This document shows positions 54,026 to 64,000 of a stretch of 64,000 nucleotides of DNA, piece by piece. Under the pieces are notes generated by a model. The model did no database searches, was not told where the DNA came from, and saw only the letters and a list, made by a program, of their open reading frames with translations. The stretch lies in the IMG/VR virus record IMGVR_UViG_3300045007_000250, positions 22,921 through 86,920 of that record, one strand, 5' to 3'. Every line of letters starts with the position of its first letter. Positions within the stretch are counted from its first letter, which is position 1. The stretch comes from a virus. The position numbers were made by a program, and so were the translations under genes.

Positions 54026-55386
54026 GATGGGTGAATCCACAAGACGGTCGCACCTACTTTCTCGGCAAGTACCGTGGGAGAGTAGTGCGTGTGGACGATC
54101 CCACGAAAGGGTGCCGGGTACAGTGTCTTGTCCCTGATGTGTACGATGAGATTCCTTCCCCGTGGGCCATGCTTTCCCTGCCCGGAAGCGACGTGAAGAT
54201 TCCCCCCGCTGGTTCGCAGGTGTGGGTGGAGTTTGAGCAGGGAGACCCCGACCTTCCGATTGTGTGCGGGTACACTCCGTCCGGCAAGGACGGTTCACAG
54301 GCTGCACCGGGGAATGCGCTGGCGGAGGATGACAACACCACGGAGATGTGCGGCGGCAAGGGTGGGGATGCCGTGGATGTGGAAGACGTGGAAGGCACCA
54401 ACACCATCTTGGAGCCTACTACTTCTTCACAGCCGGAGTATGGATACGTGCAATCCCTTCGGGTCAATTCTACCATGTTTGAAGTGGATGGGACTCCCCA
54501 AAAAGAGCGCCTTCAAGCCTATCACGACACCGGCGCGTATTGGGAGTTTGGACCGGGCGGGCAGTATAATTTCAAGGCTTTTGGTGTCAGTACGTGGTGG
54601 TTGAAGGGCAGCAAGGTTGAGATGGTGAGCGGCGGATTGAAAGCCGTGGTGGGTGCTCCCGCGGAGTATTACTACAACGCCTCTGTCACCACTAAGATCG
54701 GCACGGCGTACATCCTCACTGTCGGTGGGGACATTACCGAGACGGTCAATGGGAGCTTGATTCAGACCTACGAAGGCGGGTGGACGCAGGATGTGGGCGG
54801 TCTTGCCAACCTGAGTTACGGTGCCCTGAGCATTATGAGTGGCGGTCCATGCAATCTTGGTGTTATGGGGGCATACCAGATTGCCGTGACCGGTGCCATG
54901 AACGTGACCGTTGCCAACGCCGACTTTCAGAACGGGCAAGTGACTGCCTACGCTCTTACCGCCATTGTCGGGAACATCGCTCTCACGGCGACGGCGGGGG
55001 CGTTTCTCATCACGTCCGGTACCGCGCTCACTCTCATGGCAGGAGCCGCGGCGACTCTTACGGCGAGTGCGGCGGTGACTGTGACGGCTGGTGCGGCCAT
55101 GACGCTCACGGCTTCGGCTGCGTTCACCATTACTGCGGCGAGCGTAGTGCAGACTGCGCCGACGAATACGATTGTGGGGAAAGTGTTTCTTGGTGTGGCT
55201 GGCGCGGCTAATCCGGCAGTGCTTGGGATTGAGTTTGTGGCCTTGATGACGGCTCTTTTTACGTGGCTTGACACGCACACGCACACGGGAAATCTTGGGG
55301 CTCCGACGACCGTACCCATCGTGCCTTCAACGTCTGTGGCCAGTCTGGTGACGGCTACTCAATCGAAAACGGTGACGTTGGTATGA
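54022..55386 (+). CDS. Baseplate spike (gp5/GpV-like OB fold plus beta-helix)
   Basis: GKYRG.V..VDDP...RV...VP and VWVEFEQGDPD.P; Ala/Thr repeats; HTHT apex motif. Confidence 0.9.
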   Translation: MRWVNPQDGRTYFLGKYRGRVVRVDDPTKGCRVQCLVPDVYDEIPSPWAMLSLPGSDVKIPPAGSQVWVEFEQGDPDLPIVCGYTPSGKDGSQAAPGNALAEDDNTTEMCGGKGGDAVDVEDVEGTNTILEPTTSSQPEYGYVQSLRVNSTMFEVDGTPQKERLQAYHDTGAYWEFGPGGQYNFKAFGVSTWWLKGSKVEMVSGGLKAVVGAPAEYYYNASVTTKIGTAYILTVGGDITETVNGSLIQTYEGGWTQDVGGLANLSYGALSIMSGGPCNLGVMGAYQIAVTGAMNVTVANADFQNGQVTAYALTAIVGNIALTATAGAFLITSGTALTLMAGAAATLTASAAVTVTAGAAMTLTASAAFTITAASVVQTAPTNTIVGKVFLGVAGAANPAVLGIEFVALMTALFTWLDTHTHTGNLGAPTTVPIVPSTSVASLVTATQSKTVTLV

Positions 55387-55664
55387 AGGAAAAAGACGGA
55401 GATAGACTGCTTGAGGAAGTTGCGGACGGCGTGAAAGGGCTTTTCACCCCGGATGGGACGCTCCCGGAGTGGAAGGGGCTGGCCGATACGCAATTCGGGC
55501 AGCGAATCGTTGACTTGGCGGGGAAGGCCAAGGAAGCTGAGAGAGTGATTCTTGAACAAGCGGTGGTGCAGTTGCATGGCTTAGCGATGCTGGCGCAACA
55601 TTTTTTGCCGCCGGGGACGAAGGTGAACGTGCCGACGCTTGAGGAATTGAAGAATGTCCGCTAA
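55383..55664 (+). CDS. Hypothetical protein
   Basis: Coupled ORF in the baseplate module. Confidence 0.6.
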   Translation: MKEKDGDRLLEEVADGVKGLFTPDGTLPEWKGLADTQFGQRIVDLAGKAKEAERVILEQAVVQLHGLAMLAQHFLPPGTKVNVPTLEELKNVR

Positions 55665-56892
55665 CGGCCAATGGGTAACGCTGCATCTCGAACTGCCGCC
55701 TGCCTTGCAGTCCATTTTGGACGTAGGGGCGGACGGGTTGGACGCGGTGGCTACTTTTTTGGAAGCGCAAGCGGCTTTCTTGCAGTTGATCGCGGACATG
55801 GCGCAGGCTCTTTTTGACGCCTACTCTGCCATTGTGAACGCTCTCATCACGATGGTTCAAAATTTTCTTCTCGACCTGAAAAATGCGGGCATCTACGTCT
55901 TTTTGGATTATCCGAATAACTTGAAACTCTCCGACTTCAATCCGGCGGCGGAAGAGAATTGGGAAGGGACGATTTTTGATGACGACCTTCTTGCTGCTGC
56001 TTCCTTGAATGATGTTGACCTTGTGGCTATTGCCAAGCAGCGGAAATCGTGGAGCCGACAGTCAAATATGTTGCTGAGTTTCGGTGACGTGCTTTCCCGC
56101 ATCTCCACCGGATTCTATGACGTGCATGACCCTTATCGTCCGCGGTTTTCCGAGACGGCGGCGACCTTTGGGGTAGTGATTCTCGCCTATTCCGTGGAGC
56201 TTGCCCTGTTTTTGAAGATGGTACGGCAACTTTCTGACATCTTTGCCCTCTCCGATCTCCGGGGCATTCTTCAACCGGCTATTGTGTCGGATGCCTTCAA
56301 AGCACTTTGGGGCAAAGCGGTGGACGAATGGGATTCGGTGGATTGGGAAAATTGGAAGCCGCAGCTTCCCGCTAGTTTTCGCAATCCGGGGGCCTTCCCG
56401 AACTGGCTGGGGAGATTTACTTTTCAAGACCTTTTTCCGCCACTCGGACAGTTATTGCAGGCGTTGGCGAACATGCTTGAATTGCTCCGTCCCAATGGAG
56501 ATATTGCGAAATTTATTCAGGATATGATAAACGCTTTGGTCAGAAAGGTTGATAGAATCCGCAGGCTTGCAGAGACTTTGGCGGAGTTGGCCGATTTGAT
56601 CCGAAACGTCTTTTCCGGTACTCAGTTGTGCGCGTGTGCTATCAATTCCGCGGAAGGAAATAGTGGATTTATCAATGGTCTTCGCTCTGCCAAAGGCGCT
56701 CCGCAGTTTGAGAAAGCCCTTTGTTGCTCGGTGGTGCTTTACACCGGCGGGCCGGGCATCGTTCCCTTGCAGTTGCTTTTCAGTGGCGAAGGCGAGCCTA
56801 TCCCCGGATCGAGTTATGAGGAAAATCTTGAGAATGAGCGGCAGGATGAGCCGATTGTGCCGCCGGACTACACGGGGCGTGATCCACAATGA
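55654..56892 (+). CDS. Hypothetical helical baseplate-region protein
   Basis: Long coupled ORF with a D..RP.F motif. Confidence 0.65.
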   Translation: MSANGQWVTLHLELPPALQSILDVGADGLDAVATFLEAQAAFLQLIADMAQALFDAYSAIVNALITMVQNFLLDLKNAGIYVFLDYPNNLKLSDFNPAAEENWEGTIFDDDLLAAASLNDVDLVAIAKQRKSWSRQSNMLLSFGDVLSRISTGFYDVHDPYRPRFSETAATFGVVILAYSVELALFLKMVRQLSDIFALSDLRGILQPAIVSDAFKALWGKAVDEWDSVDWENWKPQLPASFRNPGAFPNWLGRFTFQDLFPPLGQLLQALANMLELLRPNGDIAKFIQDMINALVRKVDRIRRLAETLAELADLIRNVFSGTQLCACAINSAEGNSGFINGLRSAKGAPQFEKALCCSVVLYTGGPGIVPLQLLFSGEGEPIPGSSYEENLENERQDEPIVPPDYTGRDPQ

Positions 56893-57275
56893 GTGGGATG
56901 TTCACCAGCATTGAGAGGGATACGATTTTGCGGGCACTCTCCGACTTGAGAGCCGTGTATTCCAAGTCAGAGGTTGCCAAGGAACGGCAGCGGCTTTTTG
57001 ATTTACAGGCGGAGGTGGAGCGCAGACGGAAGGGCATTGAGGACGCTCGGAGTTTGCTGGCCGATTTGGAACACGCGGCGCGTTTGGTGCAAGCGATTGC
57101 ACCTGATCTGGCTTATGCCTTCACGGTTCGTGCGAATGTGGTGCGGGAGCAGATAAAGAAGTTGAATCCGGCTGACTTAGAGCATAGAATGACGGGGATT
57201 GAAAACGATTTAGCGTTGGTGGCACTCTTGGGTGTTACGTTGTCCACGGATTACAGGGAGCTTTTTGAGGAATGA
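56889..57275 (+). CDS. Coiled-coil hypothetical protein
   Basis: ATGA coupling on both sides. Confidence 0.6.
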   Translation: MSGMFTSIERDTILRALSDLRAVYSKSEVAKERQRLFDLQAEVERRRKGIEDARSLLADLEHAARLVQAIAPDLAYAFTVRANVVREQIKKLNPADLEHRMTGIENDLALVALLGVTLSTDYRELFEE

Positions 57276-57757
57276 TTCGGCAAACTCCATACGATCCTGT
57301 TGGTGTGGGAATCAAAAGTCCCATGTCCTTCGATGGGGGTGGGCTGAATCTCACCGCTAGAACACGGGTCAAGGTGGTAGGGGATGCCGGAATTGGGGAC
57401 GGTCCTCAGACCTTCACCCGTGAAGTGATTTCCGCGACGAACGAAGAGCGCAGGCAGACCATTGCGCAGGTGATGAATCGAATTGCCCTCACGCCGCAGA
57501 AGACGCGCTTTATGGACGGCGGCTACGGGTCTCTGGTGCCGGATTTTGTGTTTGAGACGAATGAGGATTGGGTGTGGGCGCTGGCGGCGTCCTACGCGAG
57601 CTTGGCGATTTGGTCTAGCGATGCCCGCGTGGTGGTGCAACAGGCGTGGGGCGAAGCGTCCGATGATGAAGAATACGCCTTCCTTGTGCATGTGGCGTAC
57701 TCCGTGAAAGGCACCAGCCTGCTCGGAGAAGTGCAGATTGGGGTGGTGCAGCGATGA
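57272..57757 (+). CDS. GPW/gp25-like baseplate protein
   Basis: I..I.LT...RFM..YGS.V..FVFE and I...D.RV. Confidence 0.85.
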   Translation: MIRQTPYDPVGVGIKSPMSFDGGGLNLTARTRVKVVGDAGIGDGPQTFTREVISATNEERRQTIAQVMNRIALTPQKTRFMDGGYGSLVPDFVFETNEDWVWALAASYASLAIWSSDARVVVQQAWGEASDDEEYAFLVHVAYSVKGTSLLGEVQIGVVQR

Positions 57758-59547
57758 CGAAATCGTGGAGACTTCCTTCCCTTGATTATACGAGCCGGGA
57801 CTACCAAGCCATCCGCAACGACGCGGTGGAGCGAATCAGCGCCTTTATCGAAGAGTGGACGGACCACTCTCCATCTGATCCCGGCATTGTGATTTTACAG
57901 CTTTTTGCGGGGATGCACGATGTTTTGCACTTTTACGCCGACCGCGGGGTGAAGGAAAATCTCATCACCGATGTTCTTGGTCGCAGAAACATGATTGCGC
58001 TGGCCGCGCTGGTGGGACAGAGGCTTTTGGGCAAGGCTCCGGCGGTTGCCAATATGACTTTCGACATTCCAGCGCAGCCTACGGATACTTCGATACCCAC
58101 CGGCACTCTCTTGACGACGCAGGGGGTCACTCCGGCGGTTTATTTTGAGACCCGGCAGGATGTGACGATCTTGGCGGGCGATACTCGTGTGGAAGACGTG
58201 CTTGCCGCGGCGGGGCGTACTTTCTCCGGCACTATCGGCACGTCCAACGGACAGGAATGGCAGAGCTTCCTTGTGGCGGATACGGACGATGTACTTGATG
58301 AGGGTATTACCGTTACCGTGGACGGGGTGCCTTGGACTTATATTGCGAGCCTGGGCTTGGCGGAGCCGAATGGGACCAACTGGACGTACACACGGGATGA
58401 GCGTGGACGGGTGTATGTTTGCTTCGGCAACGGTACGGCTGATTCCGGGTATGGATTGATCCCCGACAACCTTGCGGTGATTGAGGCGGCGTGGCGACAG
58501 GGCGGGGGGCGGTTTTCTTCGGTCCCCAAGAACACCATTCGTACCGTGGTCTCCACCATCATGTCCGGTGGCATACCCATCTCCGTATCTTGTACGAATC
58601 CGAATCCGGCGGAAGGTGGGGATGAGGAAGAGGATATTGAAGTGGCCCGGCGACGCATCCCACGGGCCTTCAAGGCGAATGACAGGGGCGTGACCGCTGG
58701 CGATCTGGAAGCGTTGGCGGAGAGCATTCCCGGTGTGGTGCAATCGCTTGCATTGGTGACGCAGCCGGGGCATTGGACCGTGTATGTTGCCCCGCATCCT
58801 ACGGTGGGAGCGGGTACACTTGGCGGTACCGATCCGTTTGGGTACACCGTTCTGGCAACGCAGGAGCTTTCGCAGCAGGCATTGGCAACGGTTGTGACCA
58901 ATGCTCTGCTCGGCAAAAAGATGGGCACGGATAGTGTGCGAGCGATGCTGGTGCGGTACATGCCGGTGGAGATCGTCACCACGCTCTACCTGCTCCCCGG
59001 AGCGCGGCGGGATGCCGTGGAGGGGGAGCTTGCTACCTTCTTGAAGAGCTACTTCGACGTGACCACCCGCGAGATTGGGTTGACCGGGCGTGTGCAGGGG
59101 GACGCCAACTTATCGAAGTGGGAAGACGACGTGGGGGATTTGGAAGGGGTGGATTACGCCACCACTACGCGGTTTCAGCTTCGTCCGATGGTGGAGACCA
59201 TTCAGGCGGTGGGCACTCCCGTCTTCTCAAGCATCGTTACCACGGAGCACACACGGCACGCCTATTGGGAAGTCCTGTTTACCAGTCCCACGGTGTTCGT
59301 GGTGTATCGACAGGATATTGGCGGACCGCGAATCCTGCAATCCGACTTGGGGCTTGTTGGGAAGTCCTATGTGTCGGCAGATGGGGAAGTTCAATTCTCC
59401 ATCACGGTGCCTTCCGGCGGTACTCCCCCGGCTTCGGGAGATCGTTTTCGTTTTCGAGTGTCTCCGCAGCTTGATACGGTGAGGATATTGACCGGTGAGA
59501 TGGCTGTTGGCGGTATCCTGAGTTATACAATGGAAGGCGGTGCGTGA
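57754..59547 (+). CDS. Baseplate wedge (J/gp6-like)
   Basis: DYTSRDY, WTDHSPSDPG..L, FGNG..G..P, GG.EEE and R.VT..D.E..A. Confidence 0.9.
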   Translation: MTKSWRLPSLDYTSRDYQAIRNDAVERISAFIEEWTDHSPSDPGIVILQLFAGMHDVLHFYADRGVKENLITDVLGRRNMIALAALVGQRLLGKAPAVANMTFDIPAQPTDTSIPTGTLLTTQGVTPAVYFETRQDVTILAGDTRVEDVLAAAGRTFSGTIGTSNGQEWQSFLVADTDDVLDEGITVTVDGVPWTYIASLGLAEPNGTNWTYTRDERGRVYVCFGNGTADSGYGLIPDNLAVIEAAWRQGGGRFSSVPKNTIRTVVSTIMSGGIPISVSCTNPNPAEGGDEEEDIEVARRRIPRAFKANDRGVTAGDLEALAESIPGVVQSLALVTQPGHWTVYVAPHPTVGAGTLGGTDPFGYTVLATQELSQQALATVVTNALLGKKMGTDSVRAMLVRYMPVEIVTTLYLLPGARRDAVEGELATFLKSYFDVTTREIGLTGRVQGDANLSKWEDDVGDLEGVDYATTTRFQLRPMVETIQAVGTPVFSSIVTTEHTRHAYWEVLFTSPTVFVVYRQDIGGPRILQSDLGLVGKSYVSADGEVQFSITVPSGGTPPASGDRFRFRVSPQLDTVRILTGEMAVGGILSYTMEGGA

Positions 59548-62342
59548 TGGGTGTTCCGTCCTTCATCATCAAAGTCACTCCCACCCACGTTCCTCTCAAT
59601 GGCGAGTTGATCGTGGACGCGATTCCTTCGGAACCTTTGCGGGGATATCCAGATATTACGGTGGACATGGCGACGTTGGTTGCCGGTCCAATGTATCAGC
59701 CGTGGGGGGCTTACCGGGCCGTTTTCGTGGTCCGTGGATATAATAACGGTTTGGTTCGGGTGCGCGGATTTTCCTATGAGGATGGGTTGGAAGGCGCATC
59801 CTTGGTGTCCGGTGCGTTTACGCTCGGTGCCGGTGTTCCCGTTGGCGTAGAGGGGGTGGGGTGGTCCCCGCCGGGTGTGAGTCTTGAGTTTGCTCCCGGT
59901 ATGGCAGCTTCCGATGTGTTGGCGGCGTTCAACTTCCGGGTGGAACGTGGGTACGAAGGTCCACAGGTGGTGTGCAAGTGGGACAATCCGACCAACGAAC
60001 CACTACTGCTTGTGGTTCGTACTGAATTTGCATGGCCGGAAGATGCTGATGGCACTTTTGGAAATTCCTTTGCGTTTCCGATGATCTATGGCGTGACCTC
60101 TTTTGCCGATGTGTGGTGCCAAGATGGGGTCATGTACTACTACGGTTTGTATCGAGTGAACCTGGGCAGTGGCGATCCCCTACTGGAATGCCTCGGTCAT
60201 GGGGCAATCTTTCCCATTGATAACCGTCCCACGGTGGAGCTTGTTCCGCAGACGCCGGTTTTGGATGTTGTGGGCACTCTTCCGATGGCTCCGGTGGATG
60301 GGGACAGGTATTTGCTGGATGCGTCCCATCCCGAATCTCCGAAAATTGCCACGTACACCGGCGGGGCTTGGGTGTATGAGATGCCTTCTCGCAGGTGGTC
60401 CGTGGTGTCCCCTCTCTGTACCAGTCCCCTCATGCGCTCTATTTTCAACACGCTTGCGTTTCCGACGACATGGTGTTTTCGTGAATTTGGTGCTTACCTG
60501 CAAGACCTTACTGGATCGCCAGGTCTTTGGTGCCCCTTTGTGGATAAGGAGCGTCTTGACCTCTACTCCTTCTTGGATTTGTTTGACCGGGCGCAGGATT
60601 CCAAGTCCGTGACCAAAGCCCTGTCAACTCAGACCTTGGAGGAGTTGGAGTTTGATGAGAGGTTCAACTTCGAGACCGATCCGGGGATGATGCAGCCTGC
60701 GGCAAAGCGGTTTCTCAAACTTTTCACCTTGCCTATTGGGACAGCCAAGGGGTTGATTGACTGGCAGCGGAATAGCTTGATGCGGGTGAACACCACCGAT
60801 TTGCGTCTTGTGCCCAACATTGGTGCCTTGGTGGGATATGAACACTACGACGCCCTGCCGGTATCTTTGCAGCGATTTCTCGTCTTGAATCTGAGTCACT
60901 TTTATCCCATTCTTGGCCGGTGGGATGAGATCGGGAGAGCTTTCCGAAACTGGCTTGGTCCGGGGTATGATTTCAATTTGAAACCCTTTGCGAGCAACGT
61001 AGCCTACATGAACGAGGCCATGTTTGCCGTGGTGACGCCTTCCCCGGAAGAAACCGGAACAGAGCTTGACTGCGGTTTCTACATGACGCACACCGACCCG
61101 GAAAACGTACATCACTTCAAAGGCGTGGAGCTTTTTGCCGACATAAACCCTTTCTTGGTCACGTCGATGGCCGACCCCGAACTAGGTCCGTCCGAGTTTA
61201 GGCCGAAGCTGACCCCCACAAGGCGGGGAGCTTTTTGGACCGTGGTATCGGCAACGCAAACTACCGAGCCGACTATAGATCAGGTGGGACAGCTATTTTT
61301 AGTGCCGGTGGGTGCCGATCCGGGGTGGGCGCGCTTTGAGCGGGCCGTTGTTTTCGTTTTTGACGTTGGCGTGTATTTCCCGTGTTGGCCTTGGGACTAC
61401 GAGGGGATTGTGGCCGAAGATACCGGACACCTATGGGTGTTTCGGCAAACGTGGCTTGGCGATCCGTTGGACCCACAAACGCACGGGGAATGGTTTGAGC
61501 TTCCGGGGCTGCAACAGTTCTATGCCTTGCAGTGGTGGTTGCAATGCTATGGAGCGCCGGGGACGCTGCACATGGAGTTTCGGGATCGTCCTTTTCCCCC
61601 GATGAGCCTGGTGGATGACCTGCGAAGTTGGCCCAATGGTCCGGTTACGTCGGTTACGTCGAAGCACGGGTGGTGGTCGGACACGGTTCCACCCATTTCC
61701 CTTCCGCCTGTGATTCCCTTTGACAAGCATGAGATCATGGGGGTGCATTATCTTCGTGGCGGGGTGCCGGATTTGCCTTCCGGTTGGAGTCCGGGATCGA
61801 GTCCGTCTCTTTTGCAAGGAGTATTTGATTTTGCTTGCGCTGGTTATGGGCATCGTAGGTTTGAGTTTACTTTGGATTTTGTACTCCCCGTAGGTTTTCC
61901 CGGTCCGACGATGCTGGGGGCGGTTCCTGTGGGCGATACGGCTTTTTATTGCCCGATTTCCTTGGCGTGTCGTGTGGATAATTTTGGTTTCTCTAATGGA
62001 TTAGCCATGCTTACTGCGGTGACTTCGGGTGGTGTGTGCAGTTTTGTTTTCACCGTTGGTCCCATACCAGGGGGCTCTTTTCCCGGCTCTTATCAAATAA
62101 TTCCGGTGGGTGCTTTGGCGGACGGCAATCCGCATACGCTTTTCGTTGCGTGGGATTTGGATGACCAGCTAATTTCTGCCACTATTGATGGAATATATGG
62201 GATAGAGCATCCCGTTGTTTCGACCGGTGTACCGAATGGCATTGCTATCGTTTCTTGGGGTGGGCGGACATGGGTGGGGGCACCGTTGGTGAATGACATT
62301 CCCCCGTGGGATTTCACGAATCTTGAGATTTCCGTTGACTGA
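59547..62342 (+). CDS. Baseplate wedge/tail protein (gpI-like core) with DUF2793-like and C-terminal beta-sandwich domains
   Basis: LVP.IGALVG..Y..LG core; PMAPVDGDRYL repeat; follows baseplate J. Confidence 0.65.
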   Translation: MGVPSFIIKVTPTHVPLNGELIVDAIPSEPLRGYPDITVDMATLVAGPMYQPWGAYRAVFVVRGYNNGLVRVRGFSYEDGLEGASLVSGAFTLGAGVPVGVEGVGWSPPGVSLEFAPGMAASDVLAAFNFRVERGYEGPQVVCKWDNPTNEPLLLVVRTEFAWPEDADGTFGNSFAFPMIYGVTSFADVWCQDGVMYYYGLYRVNLGSGDPLLECLGHGAIFPIDNRPTVELVPQTPVLDVVGTLPMAPVDGDRYLLDASHPESPKIATYTGGAWVYEMPSRRWSVVSPLCTSPLMRSIFNTLAFPTTWCFREFGAYLQDLTGSPGLWCPFVDKERLDLYSFLDLFDRAQDSKSVTKALSTQTLEELEFDERFNFETDPGMMQPAAKRFLKLFTLPIGTAKGLIDWQRNSLMRVNTTDLRLVPNIGALVGYEHYDALPVSLQRFLVLNLSHFYPILGRWDEIGRAFRNWLGPGYDFNLKPFASNVAYMNEAMFAVVTPSPEETGTELDCGFYMTHTDPENVHHFKGVELFADINPFLVTSMADPELGPSEFRPKLTPTRRGAFWTVVSATQTTEPTIDQVGQLFLVPVGADPGWARFERAVVFVFDVGVYFPCWPWDYEGIVAEDTGHLWVFRQTWLGDPLDPQTHGEWFELPGLQQFYALQWWLQCYGAPGTLHMEFRDRPFPPMSLVDDLRSWPNGPVTSVTSKHGWWSDTVPPISLPPVIPFDKHEIMGVHYLRGGVPDLPSGWSPGSSPSLLQGVFDFACAGYGHRRFEFTLDFVLPVGFPGPTMLGAVPVGDTAFYCPISLACRVDNFGFSNGLAMLTAVTSGGVCSFVFTVGPIPGGSFPGSYQIIPVGALADGNPHTLFVAWDLDDQLISATIDGIYGIEHPVVSTGVPNGIAIVSWGGRTWVGAPLVNDIPPWDFTNLEISVD

Positions 62343-62389
62343 CTTCCGGGCTAAGGCTAAACTGCCTGACCAAGAAGGAGTAAGTGAAA

Positions 62390-64000
62390 ATGGCTCCTAG
62401 AATCATGCAACAGCCGTTCAACGGGGACTACTCGCAGGACTTGTTTTCCGAGCGCAAACAGTTCCTTGGTGCGCTTTTCCAGCAAGGCAAGAAGATCATG
62501 GACGCTGACTGCAATGATTCCACCGTGGCTCTGGTGGGACGGTTGCAGCGCATGATTCAGTCGGCCTTTCCCGCGCAGGCGGTGGGGAAGGCGTTTCAAA
62601 TCATTCAGTCTCCGACTGCGACCACCAACAATTTCTTGGTCCGCGGGTGCTGGGAAGACGGCTTCTACGCGCAAGCGGCGCTCCCTGAGACCTATGCCAA
62701 GCTCTTCATCGGCGGTCTGTGCGCCCTCATCTCCAACTGCACGACCACCACGGCGGGAAAAGAGGGCATTGAATTTGCCTGGACGGGGCCGACTACGGGT
62801 GGCGGGGAATACATCGCTGGGGCGCTTCACCATCGGAGCACGGCGCTCGCCCCCTTGGTCTTGACCGATACCAACGCTCGATTCGTGGTCAACTCCCTCA
62901 AGGGCATGACGCTTGTTCCGTCCGTGCCCGTGGGGGGTGCACACACGTACCAGATTCTTTCCAACACGGAAACGCAGATCACGGTGGTTGATCTTGGCGG
63001 CACGGACATGACGCTTTTTGCGTCTGCCGGGGAGTTCTACCGCATCATGCCGTCCACGCCCATTGCGGGTGGAGCCGGACAAGGACGCCGTGACTTGGTG
63101 TTTTTGGATGTGTACGTGGGGGAAATGGACTCCGCGGAAGACTCCACGCTTCTGCATCCCATCGCCGGTGGTTACGAAGCGGCGCGGCGCATGGTGATTC
63201 GACAGCAGGTGTTGGTGCGCGAGAACAAGGACGGATCGGGAAACGATGTGCTTGGGACACTGGCTGACCCGGCGTACACGCGCCCCGGCCTCCCGTGGGC
63301 GAGTGATCCCACGGCGACGGAGAGCTACTATCAGGATGGGAACGGACAGACGCATTATTGCGTGGCTTTGGCGGAACTTTCCCGTCCGCAAGCCGACGCC
63401 ACTCTTGTCACGGCGTACATCACCGACCTGCGTGACCCATACTTCGGCTCTTCACGGGAAGTGGTGGAAGCCCGCCGCGGGTACGACAACCTCTATGACA
63501 GCATTGAAGCCGCGGAAAACAAGCCTTCCCGTGCGATGGCGCTTCCCCATGAAGCCCCGACTCCGGTGACGCTTTCTCAAACCAACGTCTTGCAAATTAC
63601 TGACACGGCCTACGTTGGCGAATCTGTGTCCGACAACATCAAGGAGACGTTGAAGCTCTTTGAGTACGATCCGCAGCACCCGTCCGTGACAAGCCGGAAT
63701 CCGTTGCGTGGCGATCCGGCTTCTCTCATCTCGCCCATCACGTCTTACGCCAGTTTGACCGGACAAGACTTGGCGGTACGGATGCGCGATCCCGTCACGG
63801 GGGCAGTGGTCAGTTCCACCGTGGGAAATTTCGGTGGCTGTGCGTCTCCGCTCACCGCGGCGCAGTTGGTGACACTGCTCAATGGCACGGTGTTCCCGGC
63901 CATGACCATCACTTTCTCCACCGGCGCTGTTGCCCTCAGTACGGTGTTGGTGGCGCAGGAGATTCAGAGCAAATACCTTGGATTGCGCTCTCTCATCACG
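62390..64000 (+). CDS. DUF6519-like tail fibre/baseplate attachment protein, 3'-truncated (not in ORF track)
   Basis: AAGGAG RBS; MAPRIMQQPFNGDYSQDLFSERKQFLGALFQQGKKIMDADCND and later RRDLVFLDVY; frame appears open to the window end. Confidence 0.8.
   Translation, partial: MAPRIMQQPFNGDYSQDLFSERKQFLGALFQQGKKIMDADCNDSTVALVGRLQRMIQSAFPAQAVGKAFQIIQSPTATTNNFLVRGCWEDGFYAQAALPETYAKLFIGGLCALISNCTTTTAGKEGIEFAWTGPTTGGGEYIAGALHHRSTALAPLVLTDTNARFVVNSLKGMTLVPSVPVGGAHTYQILSNTETQITVVDLGGTDMTLFASAGEFYRIMPSTPIAGGAGQGRRDLVFLDVYVGEMDSAEDSTLLHPIAGGYEAARRMVIRQQVLVRENKDGSGNDVLGTLADPAYTRPGLPWASDPTATESYYQDGNGQTHYCVALAELSRPQADATLVTAYITDLRDPYFGSSREVVEARRGYDNLYDSIEAAENKPSRAMALPHEAPTPVTLSQTNVLQITDTAYVGESVSDNIKETLKLFEYDPQHPSVTSRNPLRGDPASLISPITSYASLTGQDLAVRMRDPVTGAVVSSTVGNFGGCASPLTAAQLVTLLNGTVFPAMTITFSTGAVALSTVLVAQEIQSKYLGLRSLIT

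Noticed and set aside
44277-64000. Stand-alone tailocin or eCIS locus
   Set aside because: Terminase, portal, protease, capsid and replication genes show this is a genuine phage genome.

Overview
This window is a 64-kb internal segment of a large, GC-rich tailed dsDNA bacteriophage with a contractile tail (myovirus). No host genes, rRNA, tRNA, CRISPR array or integrase were seen. Gene order: (1) replication and recombination: family-A DNA polymerase truncated at the left edge, SF2 helicase, sirtuin, RecA, two resolvase-like nucleases and a Cas4-like exonuclease; (2) a packaging-linked cluster: a Gly-rich-leader protein with a GNAT-like domain, a Cys-rich DUF4417-like protein, an HExxH protein, a ParB-like protein, and small and large terminase; (3) an accessory region of small genes on both strands with its own promoters, including RlpA; (4) a DUF2793-repeat protein, holin and CHAP endolysin, a dCTP-deaminase-like gene and class II RNR; (5) head genes: intein-containing portal, protease-scaffold fusion and a major capsid protein with a large insertion; (6) neck, sheath, tube, frameshifted chaperone, tape measure and baseplate genes running off the right edge. 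The most striking non-coding feature is a family of about 11 sigma70-type promoters sharing TTGACA-N10-GGCGTGT-TAnnnT. Some of them carry a TGCAAGCGATTGCA palindrome or a duplicated leader cassette, and one appears to drive an ORF-less small RNA. The best candidate for an undescribed system is the cluster immediately upstream of the terminase, possibly acting with the phage sirtuin. All family assignments come from recognising motifs by eye; no database searches were run.
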